64,000 nucleotides of DNA from the NCBI GenBank assembly GCA_964636675.1, contig CAZWUO010000001.1, positions 639 through 64,638 on the forward strand, written 5' to 3'. The stretch's first letter is position 1. Every line of letters begins with the position of its first letter. The position numbers and the translations under genes are program-made. The notes under the pieces are model-generated. The model was not told the DNA's origin. It saw nothing but the letters and a program-made list of their open reading frames with translations, and searched no databases. Source of the stretch: an uncultured Ectothiorhodospiraceae bacterium. GTDB lineage: Bacteria; Pseudomonadota; Gammaproteobacteria; S012-40. Shown here in pieces: positions 20,002 to 29,116 of the stretch.

Positions 20002-21036
20002 ATGAGCAATAAAATAAAAAAATATGATGTGGCTATTGTCGGTGCAACGGGTGCTGTTGGCGAGGTGATGATATCCATACTTGAGCAACGCAAATTTCCG
20101 GTGGGCAAGCTTTATTTGCTTGCAAGTAGTCGGTCAGCAGGAAGAAAAATCCAGTTTAATGGGAAAAATATTACGGTTATTGATTTGGCAGATTTCGATT
20201 TTTCAAAAGTTCAAATAGGCTTATTTTCTGCCGGTGGGCATATTTCTGAAATATTTGCGCCAAAGGCGGCTGAAGCTGGGTGCATTGTCATTGATAATAC
20301 ATCTCACTTTAGGTACGACAAAAACATCCCGCTGGTTATTCCAGAGGTTAATCCGCAAGCTATCGAGCAATATACCGAGCGGGGTATTATCGCTAACCCC
20401 AATTGTTCCACTATTCAAATGTTAGTTGCGCTAAAGCCAATCTATGACGCAGTCGGTATTGAGCGGATAAATGTTGCGACTTATCAAGCTGTATCAGGTA
20501 CTGGAAAAGAGGCGATAGAAGAGCTAGCTAAGCAAACAGCAGCACTTTTGAGTTTTAAGGATGTTAAGTCAGAAGTCTATCCCAAGCAGATTGCGTTTAA
20601 TGTGCTACCGCAGATTGATGTGTTTATGGATAATGGGTACACCAAAGAAGAGATGAAAATGGTGTGGGAAACAAAAAAAATATTTGCAGATGATCACATT
20701 GAAGTAAATCCCACGGCTGTGCGTGTCCCGGTATTTTTTGGGCATTCTGAATCGCTGCATATTGAAACGAAAGAAAAAATTACGACATTAATGGCAAAAG
20801 ATTTGCTCGAAAACGCACCTGGAGTGCAAGTGATGGATATACGCGAAGATGGCGGATATCCGACAGCTATATCTGAAGCGGCGGGTCAAGATCCCGTTTG
20901 GGTTGGGCGAATTCGTGAAGACATTTCACACCCCCGAGGCCTTAATCTATGGGTGGTTGCAGATAATGTGCGTAAAGGCGCTGCATTGAACAGCATTCAA
21001 ATTGCTGAGTTATTGATCAAAAAGTATTTAGCCTAA
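20002..21036 (+). CDS. asd: Aspartate-semialdehyde dehydrogenase
   Basis: VAIVGATGAVGE Rossmann N-terminus and the active-site region NPNCSTIQM. Confidence 0.9.
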   Translation: MSNKIKKYDVAIVGATGAVGEVMISILEQRKFPVGKLYLLASSRSAGRKIQFNGKNITVIDLADFDFSKVQIGLFSAGGHISEIFAPKAAEAGCIVIDNTSHFRYDKNIPLVIPEVNPQAIEQYTERGIIANPNCSTIQMLVALKPIYDAVGIERINVATYQAVSGTGKEAIEELAKQTAALLSFKDVKSEVYPKQIAFNVLPQIDVFMDNGYTKEEMKMVWETKKIFADDHIEVNPTAVRVPVFFGHSESLHIETKEKITTLMAKDLLENAPGVQVMDIREDGGYPTAISEAAGQDPVWVGRIREDISHPRGLNLWVVADNVRKGAALNSIQIAELLIKKYLA

Positions 21037-21218
21037 ATCTTGCATATGTGCTGTTAATTTTACAGCTAGGAGTCTATTTGGAATATGGATGATTCTTCGT
21101 GGCAATTTGCGGTTGCATTGGTTTACCACCTATATCGAAATAATTGCACGCATGTGGAGCAGCAATTCACAGCTTTTGAGCAATTCGTCGATGCGTAACG
21201 CGGATTATTTATTGTAAA

Positions 21219-23663
21219 ATGGATAACATTATCGCTCATCATTTCGTTAAGATCTCGTTAATTCGGAATACTATCCGAATGGGGGTTGCAGCGGTGAAAA
21301 AAACTCTTTTTGTCCTCTTAGCATTGTTAACAATGTTTTATTCATTTCCTGCTCATTCGCTAGATCTGGGTAATATTCAGGTTAACAGTCTCATTAACCA
21401 GAGACTAGAAGCTAGCATAGCCTTAGTAGATGTTGACGAAGCACAGATTTCTCAGCTCGAAATCATGCTCGCTGAGGAAAATATCTTTAAACGTTTGGGG
21501 GTTGAGCGTAACAAACAGTTAGAGACCTTGGTTTTCGCCGTAAAACAAGATGATAAACAACAATATTATATCGAAGTAAGCTCAAGTGATCCTATTTCAG
21601 TAGAGTTTTTGAATTTCCTTATAGAGATTAACTGGCCTGGGGGGCGCTTGCTGAGAGAATTTACCGCATTATTAGACCAGCCTATTTTTCTGGATGATCA
21701 AGCAAAGCAGGTTTCATCCCCCTCTACGGAGCGAGTTGTGTCGCAACAACGAGAAATACAAGCTGAGGATCACGAAAGTCATTCAAATGTGTTATCTGTT
21801 CCGAAATCAGAATCCAATCAAACACCCTTGTTATACGGTCCTGTTGAAAAAAATGAATCGCTTTGGAAAATCGCTGAAAAAATAATGCCTGAAGGGGTAA
21901 CATTGGAGCAAATTATTTATGCGCTGTATTTAGAAAACCCGGAAGCCTTTTATCGCCAAAACATGAATAATTTAAAAGAAGGTTCGGTTTTAAGATTGCA
22001 GAGTAGAAAGAGTATTACCGCAATCTCGCCAGATGATGCCTTGGCTATTATGGCTAAGCATCACAATATATGGATGCAAGAAAAGCGCGAGCGACAAAAT
22101 AGGAGAGCGTCGAACGGTGAAGCGATAGGGTTAAAAAATGAAACTAGCGATGCTTCTTTATCTCGTGCGAAATTTAGTCTCGATAGGGAGGCTCGGTTAT
22201 CATTACTGGTTCCAAATGGCGAGCGATTTTCTGATGCGAGCACGGATAATTCAAGACTGAATAATGCACGTCAGGAGCATTCGTTAGCGAGCGAAACCTT
22301 CGAGGCTGTAAAAAAAGAAAACCAAGTGTTGCAAAATCGACTGCAATCAATCGAAGGGCAAGTGGTTTCTCTACGCAATTTAATCCAATTGAAAGATGAG
22401 CAGCTACGGCTATTGCAAGAAAACAAAAGTAAAAAATTCAATGACAATATTTCTAGTCTTGAGCTAGATATTGCATCCGATAATCAAAAACTGACAGTTT
22501 CAAATATTTCCGAAAAAGATAAATCCGTTGATTCCCTTTGGAGTGATCCCTTAGTACTGGGCACTGGTGTTGGTGTGATTGCTTTACTTGGATCGCTTAT
22601 ATTGCTTTTAAGAAGAGGTAAAAAAACTACTTTAAGCCGTGTTCCGAAAGTAGATGAACCGGATTCTGAAAATAATTTTGTAAACAAAGAACAAGTATTT
22701 ACCGACAGTGATCGATCCGATATTTCGGATATGATTATTGGGCGACAATCACAAGCGAAAAGTATAAATAATGATGACCAAGAAAAAAAGCTTGTTGCGG
22801 ATGGCGACACTATTGAAGTGCCAGGGGGTTCTGATAATTATAGCGGGTCTTCTATTGATCCTATATCAGAAGCGGATGTATATATAGCATATGGTAAATA
22901 CGATAAAGCCGTAATATTATTATCTGAAGCGATTACAGAGCGTCCAGAGAATCACCAGTTAAAGCTAAAGTTATTAGAAGTCTATGCGGCAAGTAATAAT
23001 AAAGAATTATTTATTGTAGCAGCTGAAGAGCTTTATGCTGCGTTAGGCGGTGATACTGCTAACATATTATGGAAACAAGCACTGAGTTTTGCAAAAAATA
23101 TTTGTCCGGAGCATCCGTTGTTTAATAGTGCTGATAGTAGTGCTTCGGAAGAAAAAGATATTACCCCAGAAGCTTTCGACAATATTTCTGTTCCTGAATT
23201 TGATGTGCCTACAACAGATGAATCAAAAATTATGATTCAACCTGCAACAAAAATATTTGTTGATGAGGAACCGCAAGAGTCTAATCGAGTCACACCCGAT
23301 AATTCCTCTGAAAGCTCGCCGGAAAAAATGCTGACCAAAGAAGAGCGAGCGAGCAAAGAAGATATACAGAGTTTGGCTGCGTCATTTTCCGCAGCAGAAG
23401 CGAAAACAGAAAGTACTTTGCATGATGGCATCTCTGATGTTTTCTCTGATCTCGGTTATCAGTCTGAATTTGGTTCTCAAGACATGGACGATGCATCTAT
23501 GTTCTTGCTTGCAGATGAAGTAGGTACCAAATTGGATCTAGCACGCGCTTATATAGAAATGGGTGATAAAACAGGTGCAAAAGAATTATTAAGTGAAGTA
23601 GAAGAAGAAGGAAATGAGCAACAACAGGTTGAAGCTAAGAAACTTATGGAGTATACGAGTTAG
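21219..23663 (+). CDS. fimV: FimV-like peptidoglycan-binding, motility/pilus assembly protein
   Basis: Signal peptide, LysM-like N-region, central TM (VLGTGVGVIALLGSLILLL), acidic C-terminal region with a TPR-like repeat and the FimV C-terminal motif (LDLARAYIEMGDKTGAKELL). The real start is probably internal, GTG 21294 (MKKTLFVLLALL) after GGGGG. Confidence 0.7.
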   Translation: MDNIIAHHFVKISLIRNTIRMGVAAVKKTLFVLLALLTMFYSFPAHSLDLGNIQVNSLINQRLEASIALVDVDEAQISQLEIMLAEENIFKRLGVERNKQLETLVFAVKQDDKQQYYIEVSSSDPISVEFLNFLIEINWPGGRLLREFTALLDQPIFLDDQAKQVSSPSTERVVSQQREIQAEDHESHSNVLSVPKSESNQTPLLYGPVEKNESLWKIAEKIMPEGVTLEQIIYALYLENPEAFYRQNMNNLKEGSVLRLQSRKSITAISPDDALAIMAKHHNIWMQEKRERQNRRASNGEAIGLKNETSDASLSRAKFSLDREARLSLLVPNGERFSDASTDNSRLNNARQEHSLASETFEAVKKENQVLQNRLQSIEGQVVSLRNLIQLKDEQLRLLQENKSKKFNDNISSLELDIASDNQKLTVSNISEKDKSVDSLWSDPLVLGTGVGVIALLGSLILLLRRGKKTTLSRVPKVDEPDSENNFVNKEQVFTDSDRSDISDMIIGRQSQAKSINNDDQEKKLVADGDTIEVPGGSDNYSGSSIDPISEADVYIAYGKYDKAVILLSEAITERPENHQLKLKLLEVYAASNNKELFIVAAEELYAALGGDTANILWKQALSFAKNICPEHPLFNSADSSASEEKDITPEAFDNISVPEFDVPTTDESKIMIQPATKIFVDEEPQESNRVTPDNSSESSPEKMLTKEERASKEDIQSLAASFSAAEAKTESTLHDGISDVFSDLGYQSEFGSQDMDDASMFLLADEVGTKLDLARAYIEMGDKTGAKELLSEVEEEGNEQQQVEAKKLMEYTS

Positions 23664-23718
23664 CTAAGGAATGAAGAAGGTGTGCAATAAAACCGGAGTT
23701 TCGCGCGCTATGGGTATA

Positions 23719-24393
23719 TTACCTCGCAAAAACTGAAGATGCGTATTTAGAATGAGTTTTAATGTAGTTATGGAATTTTAAATTAAAGTCGTTTCTCGCT
23801 GAATTTATCACAGAAGGTCTTGCAATAAGTGCTTTAGACCAAGATTGCAAATTTGGCAAGTTCTTTAAAAAACCAAGGTGACTTCTTGATTCCATTAGAC
23901 GAAGCCGTAAAAAAAACGGCGCGATAGCGGCATCTATTAACGAAAAATGATTACCATTGAAAAAAGGTTTTTTTAATGTGTGTTTTTCTAGATTTTTTAG
24001 GTCTTGTATTAACAGTTGAAGATATTTTTTAAAGTCATCCTCGGTATTTGCGATTGATAATAAAATTTGTATTTCTATTAAGTCGGAAGAAAAGTGAATC
24101 CATGATCGATTAATGGCTTTTTCCAAAGAATCGGTCGGGTGCATAGAAGGCGAAATAATTTCGTCGAGATATTCGTTTATGACAGAAGATTCAAATAAAA
24201 TACCCCCATTATGTTTTAGTATTGGGACCTTTGCAGAAGGGGTTATATCCAAAAACCACTTAGGGGGCTTTTCTAGGTCAATGTAAGTGATGTCGTAATC
24301 AATTTTTTTTTCTAATAATGTAATTACAGAGCGTTGCACAAATGGGCATAAGTCATTACTCATAAGTTCTGGCTTCATTATAAAATTATCCAC
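23719..24393 (-). CDS. Glutathione S-transferase / glutaredoxin-2-like thioredoxin-fold protein
   Basis: CPFVQRS active-site-like motif in an N-terminal thioredoxin fold and a helical GST C-domain. The start is probably the internal Met (MKPELMSNDLCPF). Confidence 0.6.
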   Translation of the reverse strand: MDNFIMKPELMSNDLCPFVQRSVITLLEKKIDYDITYIDLEKPPKWFLDITPSAKVPILKHNGGILFESSVINEYLDEIISPSMHPTDSLEKAINRSWIHFSSDLIEIQILLSIANTEDDFKKYLQLLIQDLKNLEKHTLKKPFFNGNHFSLIDAAIAPFFLRLRLMESRSHLGFLKNLPNLQSWSKALIARPSVINSARNDFNLKFHNYIKTHSKYASSVFAR

Positions 24394-24509
24394 AGTAAAG
24401 ACTTAATTAGAAATCAAACTTGGACTCTAATATATCAGTAAATAATAAACATATAAAGTGTAAGAGCATTATCCGCTGCTGTTTACTCCGGTATTCTTTC
24501 TCGGTTCAA

Positions 24510-24636
24510 CCTAGAATCCGCAGTTGGACGACATGCAGAGTGCGCTCATCCTCTGGGTGAATTCGACAAACAAGCTCATTCGTTTTCTCATCCATCGCTT
24601 AACGATACCTCATAGCGGTCAACTGCGGAATCTAGG
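24510..24636. repeat. Short (127 bp) MITE-like repeat copy with both terminal inverted repeats and the 5-bp flanking duplication TTCAA
   Basis: cctagaatccgcagttgg ... ggtcaactgcggaatctagg, flanked by ttcaa on both sides. The interior is an internally deleted version of the 228-bp copy, in opposite orientation. Confidence 0.7.
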
Positions 24637-24699
24637 TTCAACGTTAATCCTAGTAATTACACTACTTCAGAACTATCGCGCTGAATATTTTTTGTCTTT

Positions 24700-25311
24700 T
24701 TAGTATGCGTTGCTAGTAATTGCCAGTTTAAGTTCAGAAAAATTCGTTGCACGAGAAGAAAATTCGATTTTTCTTTGACACCTATTATTGATATGTGAAG
24801 TTGAAAAAATACCACGTATGAAGTCGGTATGGGTGTTTTCTAGATGCTCTACAACTAATAAATGTTGCCTGTTGATATGGCGAATTGTTTCGATAATATC
24901 TCCTACGCAGGCTTTTTCCACATCTTTCATATGCAATACATCAAGTCGTTTTTTTGGCGTCATTATTTCTTGTACCATAATCTCATCACGTGATCCTCCA
25001 TGTTCCGTTAAATACTGAATTGGTTTTTCTCCTAAAATATCAGTCGTTGTAATTAAGCCCAACAAGTTGTCAAATTGATCAAGCACAAACAGTAACCTTA
25101 CGCCGTGAGCAATCATTGTCATATTGGCTTTATCGATAGTATCTGTAGGGGAAATAATACGGATAATAACAGAGTGTAAGTCCGTCATTACCTTGGTAGC
25201 AGGATCATTCAAACTGACTATTGAATTATCTAACTTGCCAGACTTAAAAGCAGCATTAGAAGAAATAAGAAAACTTGACAGCTCTTTAAATTGATTAGCC
25301 ATACTGAGCAC
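24700..25311 (-). CDS. CBS-domain protein
   Basis: Tandem CBS-like segments (hydrophobic-G-hydrophobic-hydrophobic-T..D pattern: LLGLITTTDIL, LLVVEHLENT). 203 aa. Confidence 0.65.
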   Translation of the reverse strand: MLSMANQFKELSSFLISSNAAFKSGKLDNSIVSLNDPATKVMTDLHSVIIRIISPTDTIDKANMTMIAHGVRLLFVLDQFDNLLGLITTTDILGEKPIQYLTEHGGSRDEIMVQEIMTPKKRLDVLHMKDVEKACVGDIIETIRHINRQHLLVVEHLENTHTDFIRGIFSTSHINNRCQRKIEFSSRATNFSELKLAITSNAY

Positions 25312-25728
25312 CTCCTTTAAACTGGGTATTGTTTAACAGTAGACCGATTTTTCTGAAAGTTCCAGTGCCTAGGTGATGACGGAGGGATAGTTGGATTTGA
25401 GCCAATTCTTTGGCATGCGCCATCTTAGGATTTGGATGTTTTCCTGCAAAGTCTTCTTATCGGTTCTGCGTTAATTATTGACAATTCCGGCCCCCCCGGC
25501 CAATTAACGAGTATTTCACGCGCATAAGGGCCTGTAATAGCGTGCATTGCATCAAAAAGTATTGAAATGGACTTATTAGTCATTAAGATGTTGTTCAAGA
25601 CCTGATGTGTCTGGCTTTTGATCGGTAGTAGGGTTTGTTTTAATATTATTAATCTTCATGTGAGGTGTCCATTGGAATGCCAAGTAATATTTACATTTAC
25701 ATCTGCCACTAAATTCGAGTTAAAGGCA

Positions 25729-25755
25729 TTGAAATAAAGAAGAAAAGCCCCACCT
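25729..25755 (+). promoter_or_regulatory. Sigma-32 (heat-shock) type promoter upstream of htpG
   Basis: TTGAAA, a 13-nt spacer, then CCCCACCT (consensus TTGAAA-N13-15-CCCCATNT), about 150 bp upstream of the htpG start. Confidence 0.5.
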
Positions 25756-25901
25756 TACAAGCTAATATCAGAGAGTTTATCAGAGATAGTGGCTTAATAA
25801 GCAATTAAGATGTTAGAAACAGAGGCTATTTTATTGATTTAACAGAAGATTACAGAATTTTTAATAGGTAAGAGATTAACATATCGCAAGAGGAGAACAG
25901 A

Positions 25902-27842
25902 GTGACAACAGTAGAAACCAATACAGAGACTAGCGTTGAGAGCAACGCAGAAACACACAAAGAAACAATGAGCTTCCAAACAGAAGTTAAGCAATTACTT
26001 CAGTTAATGATTAATTCGTTGTACTCAAATAAAGAGATATTTTTAAGAGAACTGATTTCAAACGCATCCGATGCTTGTGACAAGCTGCGTTTTAATGGGC
26101 TTACCGATGACGCTTTATATGAGGGTGACAATGATTTACAAATACATGTCAGCTTTAACAAAGATGAAAAGACCTTAACCATTTCAGACAATGGTATTGG
26201 GATGACGCGCGAAGAAGTCATTAGTAATATCGGTACTATCGCAAAATCTGGAACAAAACAATTTTTTGATGCTTTAACGGGAGACCAAGCAAAAGATGCT
26301 CAGCTTATTGGTCAATTTGGAGTGGGTTTTTATTCCTCGTTTATCGTCGCTGAAAAAGTAACAGTGATAACCCGGCGCGCAGGTTTAGGCATTGAACATG
26401 GAGTATGTTGGGAGTCTAGCGGTGAAGGCGAGTTTTCGTTGGAAACAGTTGAGAAGAAATCCCGTGGTACTGACGTTATTTTAACTCTGAAAGCAGACGA
26501 AGATGAGTTTCTTGATAATTTTCGCTTGAAATCAATTATTCGCAAATACTCGGATCATATCGCTTTACCGATTTTGATGGAAAGTGATGATGAGGAAAAG
26601 AAAGGCGAAGATGAGCGTGTAAATCAAGCTTCCGCGCTGTGGACTAGGCCCAAAAATGAAATTACTGACGAAGAATATACCGAATTTTATAAGCATGTAT
26701 CACATGATTTTGAAGAGCCATTAGCCAATATTCATACCTCTGTTGAAGGCAAACACTCGTATAAATCACTTTTTTTCATACCTAAACGTGCACCTTTTGA
26801 TTTATGGGATAGAGAGCGTAAGCAAGGAATCAAACTTTATGTTAAACGGGTATTCATCATGGATGATGCTCAGCATATTTTGCCAGAATACTTGCGCTTT
26901 GTTAAAGGCATTGTCGACTCCGATGACTTACCATTAAATATTTCTCGAGAAATTTTACAAAAAAATCGTCATATTGATGTAATTCGTGGAGCATCCATTA
27001 AGAAAATTTTGGGTTTAATGGAAGGCATTGCTAAAAATGACAAAGAAAAATATGAGATCTTGTGGGAACAGTTTGGCAATGTGTTAAAAGAAGGGCCTGC
27101 AGAAGATTTTGCGAATAAAGAAAGAATTGCGAAATTACTTCGTTTTGCTTCCACGCATAATAATGCGGAAAAACAAAACGTATCCTTAGAAGAATATGTC
27201 GCAAGAATGAATGATCAGCAAGAAGCTATTTATTATATTTCTGCTGATAATTATACTTCGGCGAAGAACAGTCCGCACCTTGAGGTTTTTAAGAAAAATA
27301 ACATAGAAGTTCTGCTTCTCGTTGATCGTGTTGACGAGTGGCTAATGAATCATCTGACCGAGTTTGATGGTAAAAAAATCCAATCAGTAGCAAAGGGTGA
27401 TTTAAATCTTGGCAAAATTGAAGATGATGAAGCAATAAAAGAACAAGAAAAGGCGGCTGAGGAAATACAAGGACTGACTGAGCGAATGAAATCTGCACTC
27501 GGAGAAAAAGTAAAAGAAGTACGTATTACTCATCGCCTTACAGATTCCCCGTCTTGTTTAGTCGTAGAAGATGAAGATATGGCAGTAAATCTTCAACGCA
27601 TGTTAAAAGCAGCTGGTCACGAAGTGCCAAGTAGTCAGCCAATCATGGAAATTAATCCTCAGCATCCATTAGTTAAGCGAATCGATAAAGAAGTGGATGA
27701 GGATTTATTTAATGATTGGACATCCATTTTGTTTGATCAGGCAAATCTTGCAGAGGGTGGGCAGCTTGACGATCCAGCATCTTATGTTGCGAAGTTAAAC
27801 GAGCTGTTGCTTCAGCTATCAACAGATCATGCGATAGAATAA
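25902..27842 (+). CDS. htpG: Molecular chaperone HtpG (Hsp90)
   Basis: GTG start after aggag [36 protein letters not shown] is almost identical to the E. coli HtpG N-terminus, and the GHKL ATPase motifs are present. An alternative start is the internal ATG at 25968. Confidence 0.95.
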   Translation: MTTVETNTETSVESNAETHKETMSFQTEVKQLLQLMINSLYSNKEIFLRELISNASDACDKLRFNGLTDDALYEGDNDLQIHVSFNKDEKTLTISDNGIGMTREEVISNIGTIAKSGTKQFFDALTGDQAKDAQLIGQFGVGFYSSFIVAEKVTVITRRAGLGIEHGVCWESSGEGEFSLETVEKKSRGTDVILTLKADEDEFLDNFRLKSIIRKYSDHIALPILMESDDEEKKGEDERVNQASALWTRPKNEITDEEYTEFYKHVSHDFEEPLANIHTSVEGKHSYKSLFFIPKRAPFDLWDRERKQGIKLYVKRVFIMDDAQHILPEYLRFVKGIVDSDDLPLNISREILQKNRHIDVIRGASIKKILGLMEGIAKNDKEKYEILWEQFGNVLKEGPAEDFANKERIAKLLRFASTHNNAEKQNVSLEEYVARMNDQQEAIYYISADNYTSAKNSPHLEVFKKNNIEVLLLVDRVDEWLMNHLTEFDGKKIQSVAKGDLNLGKIEDDEAIKEQEKAAEEIQGLTERMKSALGEKVKEVRITHRLTDSPSCLVVEDEDMAVNLQRMLKAAGHEVPSSQPIMEINPQHPLVKRIDKEVDEDLFNDWTSILFDQANLAEGGQLDDPASYVAKLNELLLQLSTDHAIE

Positions 27843-27924
27843 TTCGATGCGTAATATAGTGCAGGCACTGTGTATGCGGGTTGAAATAATGCGGAGTTTA
27901 TAATAAAAAAAGGTAATAAAAAAA

Positions 27925-27950
27925 GGGTGGCTAATAAGCCACCCTTTTTT
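27925..27950. terminator. Bidirectional rho-independent terminator (htpG 3' end and small minus-strand peptide gene)
   Basis: gggtggct-aataa-agccaccc flanked by an A-run upstream and a T-run downstream. Confidence 0.7.
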
Positions 27951-27971
27951 GATTCTGTTTATTCTTAACGC

Positions 27972-28043
27972 TTAAACAGAAGCCAAAGGTAGCAGTACGA
28001 AAAGTAATAGAGTACCGCCAAAAAAGATCAATGGAACTTGCAT
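27972..28043 (-). CDS. Candidate 23-aa hydrophobic peptide MQVPLIFFGGTLLLFVLLPLASV
   Basis: ATG 8 nt after the AGAGGAG SD. Ends at the bidirectional terminator. Below the ORF-track length cut-off. Confidence 0.35.
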   Translation of the reverse strand: MQVPLIFFGGTLLLFVLLPLASV

Positions 28044-28275
28044 TATGTGAACTCCTCTAAAAAGTAACATCCCAAATGCTCCCCTCCCAAAGGGAGCGCC
28101 CTGTAACTGTGAGCAATAACTCGAACAAATAATCAACATCTATAATAAAGTTAATTACTTGAAGATGTAACATAAACAAGTTTAATAATCTCTGCAAGCG
28201 TTATTTATAGAATCGCTTCTAAAGTGGTAATTATCATCAATATGAATTTGTCTCAGATCAGCTGAATAAAGACAT

Positions 28276-28304
28276 AAAAAAAGCCGGTATAAATACCGGC
28301 TTTT
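28276..28304. terminator. Bidirectional hairpin terminator
   Basis: aaaaaagccggtat-aaa-taccggctttt, a perfect 9-bp stem with flanking A-run and T-run. Confidence 0.5.
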
Positions 28305-28368
28305 AAATCACGTGTATAATATCTCACGTAACGCGATGCAATACGTGAGTGAATATGTCGAGTGGATT

Positions 28369-28473
28369 TTAGCCCATCGCCATACCTAAGAACATAAGTC
28401 CAAAAGTTATTACTATAAGGAAAACCACGATTATCGTATCGTCTTGGCTTACGTCAGTTCTTTGTTTTGCCAT
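28369..28473 (-). CDS. Candidate 34-aa single-TM peptide MAKQRTDVSQDDTIIVVFLIVITFGLMFLGMAMG
   Basis: ATG 9 nt after the AGAGG SD. Paralogous to the peptide at 28740..28844. A hairpin (ctcacgta...tacgtgag) and a terminator follow on the minus strand. Confidence 0.4.
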   Translation of the reverse strand: MAKQRTDVSQDDTIIVVFLIVITFGLMFLGMAMG

Positions 28474-28694
28474 TGGGTATACCTCTTTTATTCAAAATTG
28501 TTAGATATTTATAAACTAAAACATTAATGTAGCAAGACAAACATTAGCAGCAGCAGGATTCGAACGCAAGCAGGCACCCATAGAATATTTATGGGTAAGG
28601 GATAAGGGCAGTTTATTAACTGCTTTCAATGGGGAAACTGGTTAAACTATGTTCTTTTCTATCTCTCCAATATATTAGCAAGAATTGAATAATA

Positions 28695-28719
28695 AGAGGG
28701 TGCGGCAAATACACCCTCT
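28695..28719 (-). terminator. Hairpin terminator downstream of the small peptide gene 28740..28844
   Basis: agagggtg-cggcaaata-caccctct followed on the minus strand by a T/A-rich run. Confidence 0.45.
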
Positions 28720-28739
28720 TAGTAAGGTATGCCCTAATC

Positions 28740-28844
28740 CTAGGCCATATTAACGCCAATAATACCTAATACAAGCGTCATAACAGCTAGATAAACTACA
28801 AACAATGTATCGTGGGTATGAATTAGACCGTCATTCTGGCTCAT
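28740..28844 (-). CDS. Candidate 34-aa single-TM peptide MSQNDGLIHTHDTLFVVYLAVMTLVLGIIGVNMA
   Basis: ATG 7 nt after the AGAGGGG SD and its own hairpin terminator. Aligns with the 28369..28473 peptide: DT[LI][FI]VV[YF]L[AI]V[MI]T[LF].L..[IL]G..M[AG]. Confidence 0.45.
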   Translation of the reverse strand: MSQNDGLIHTHDTLFVVYLAVMTLVLGIIGVNMA

Positions 28845-29116
28845 GAGTGTTCCCCTCTATTTTATTAGTTAGCACGTGATTGCCATCAAAGGCGGATAAA
28901 CCATAGCAGTTTACTAATGTATAAATCAAGTATTTTTTATAAAATATAATGTGTGATAAATGGTAACCCTATGATTTATGGATTATTGCAGGGGCATAGC
29001 AAATAGGTGCTTAGGTTTAACAAATGAGGAAATCATATAAACCAAGTATTTTGCTTATGTAATGACACTTTTGCCAGATAACATCTTCATCACCGCGGAG
29101 AGTGATTGGTTTTGTT

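Noticed and set aside
25481-25520. GC-rich element ccggcccccccggcc in otherwise AT-rich intergenic DNA upstream of htpG
   Set aside because: Only a 4-bp stem is possible and there is no recognisable motif. It is noted because it is compositionally odd.
28553-28575. The gcgttcgaatcc motif on the minus strand resembles a tRNA T-loop (GTTCGAATC), suggesting a possible tRNA or tRNA fragment
   Set aside because: No complementary T-stem, acceptor stem or anticodon arm could be assembled. The flanking gcagg units are direct repeats, not inverted.
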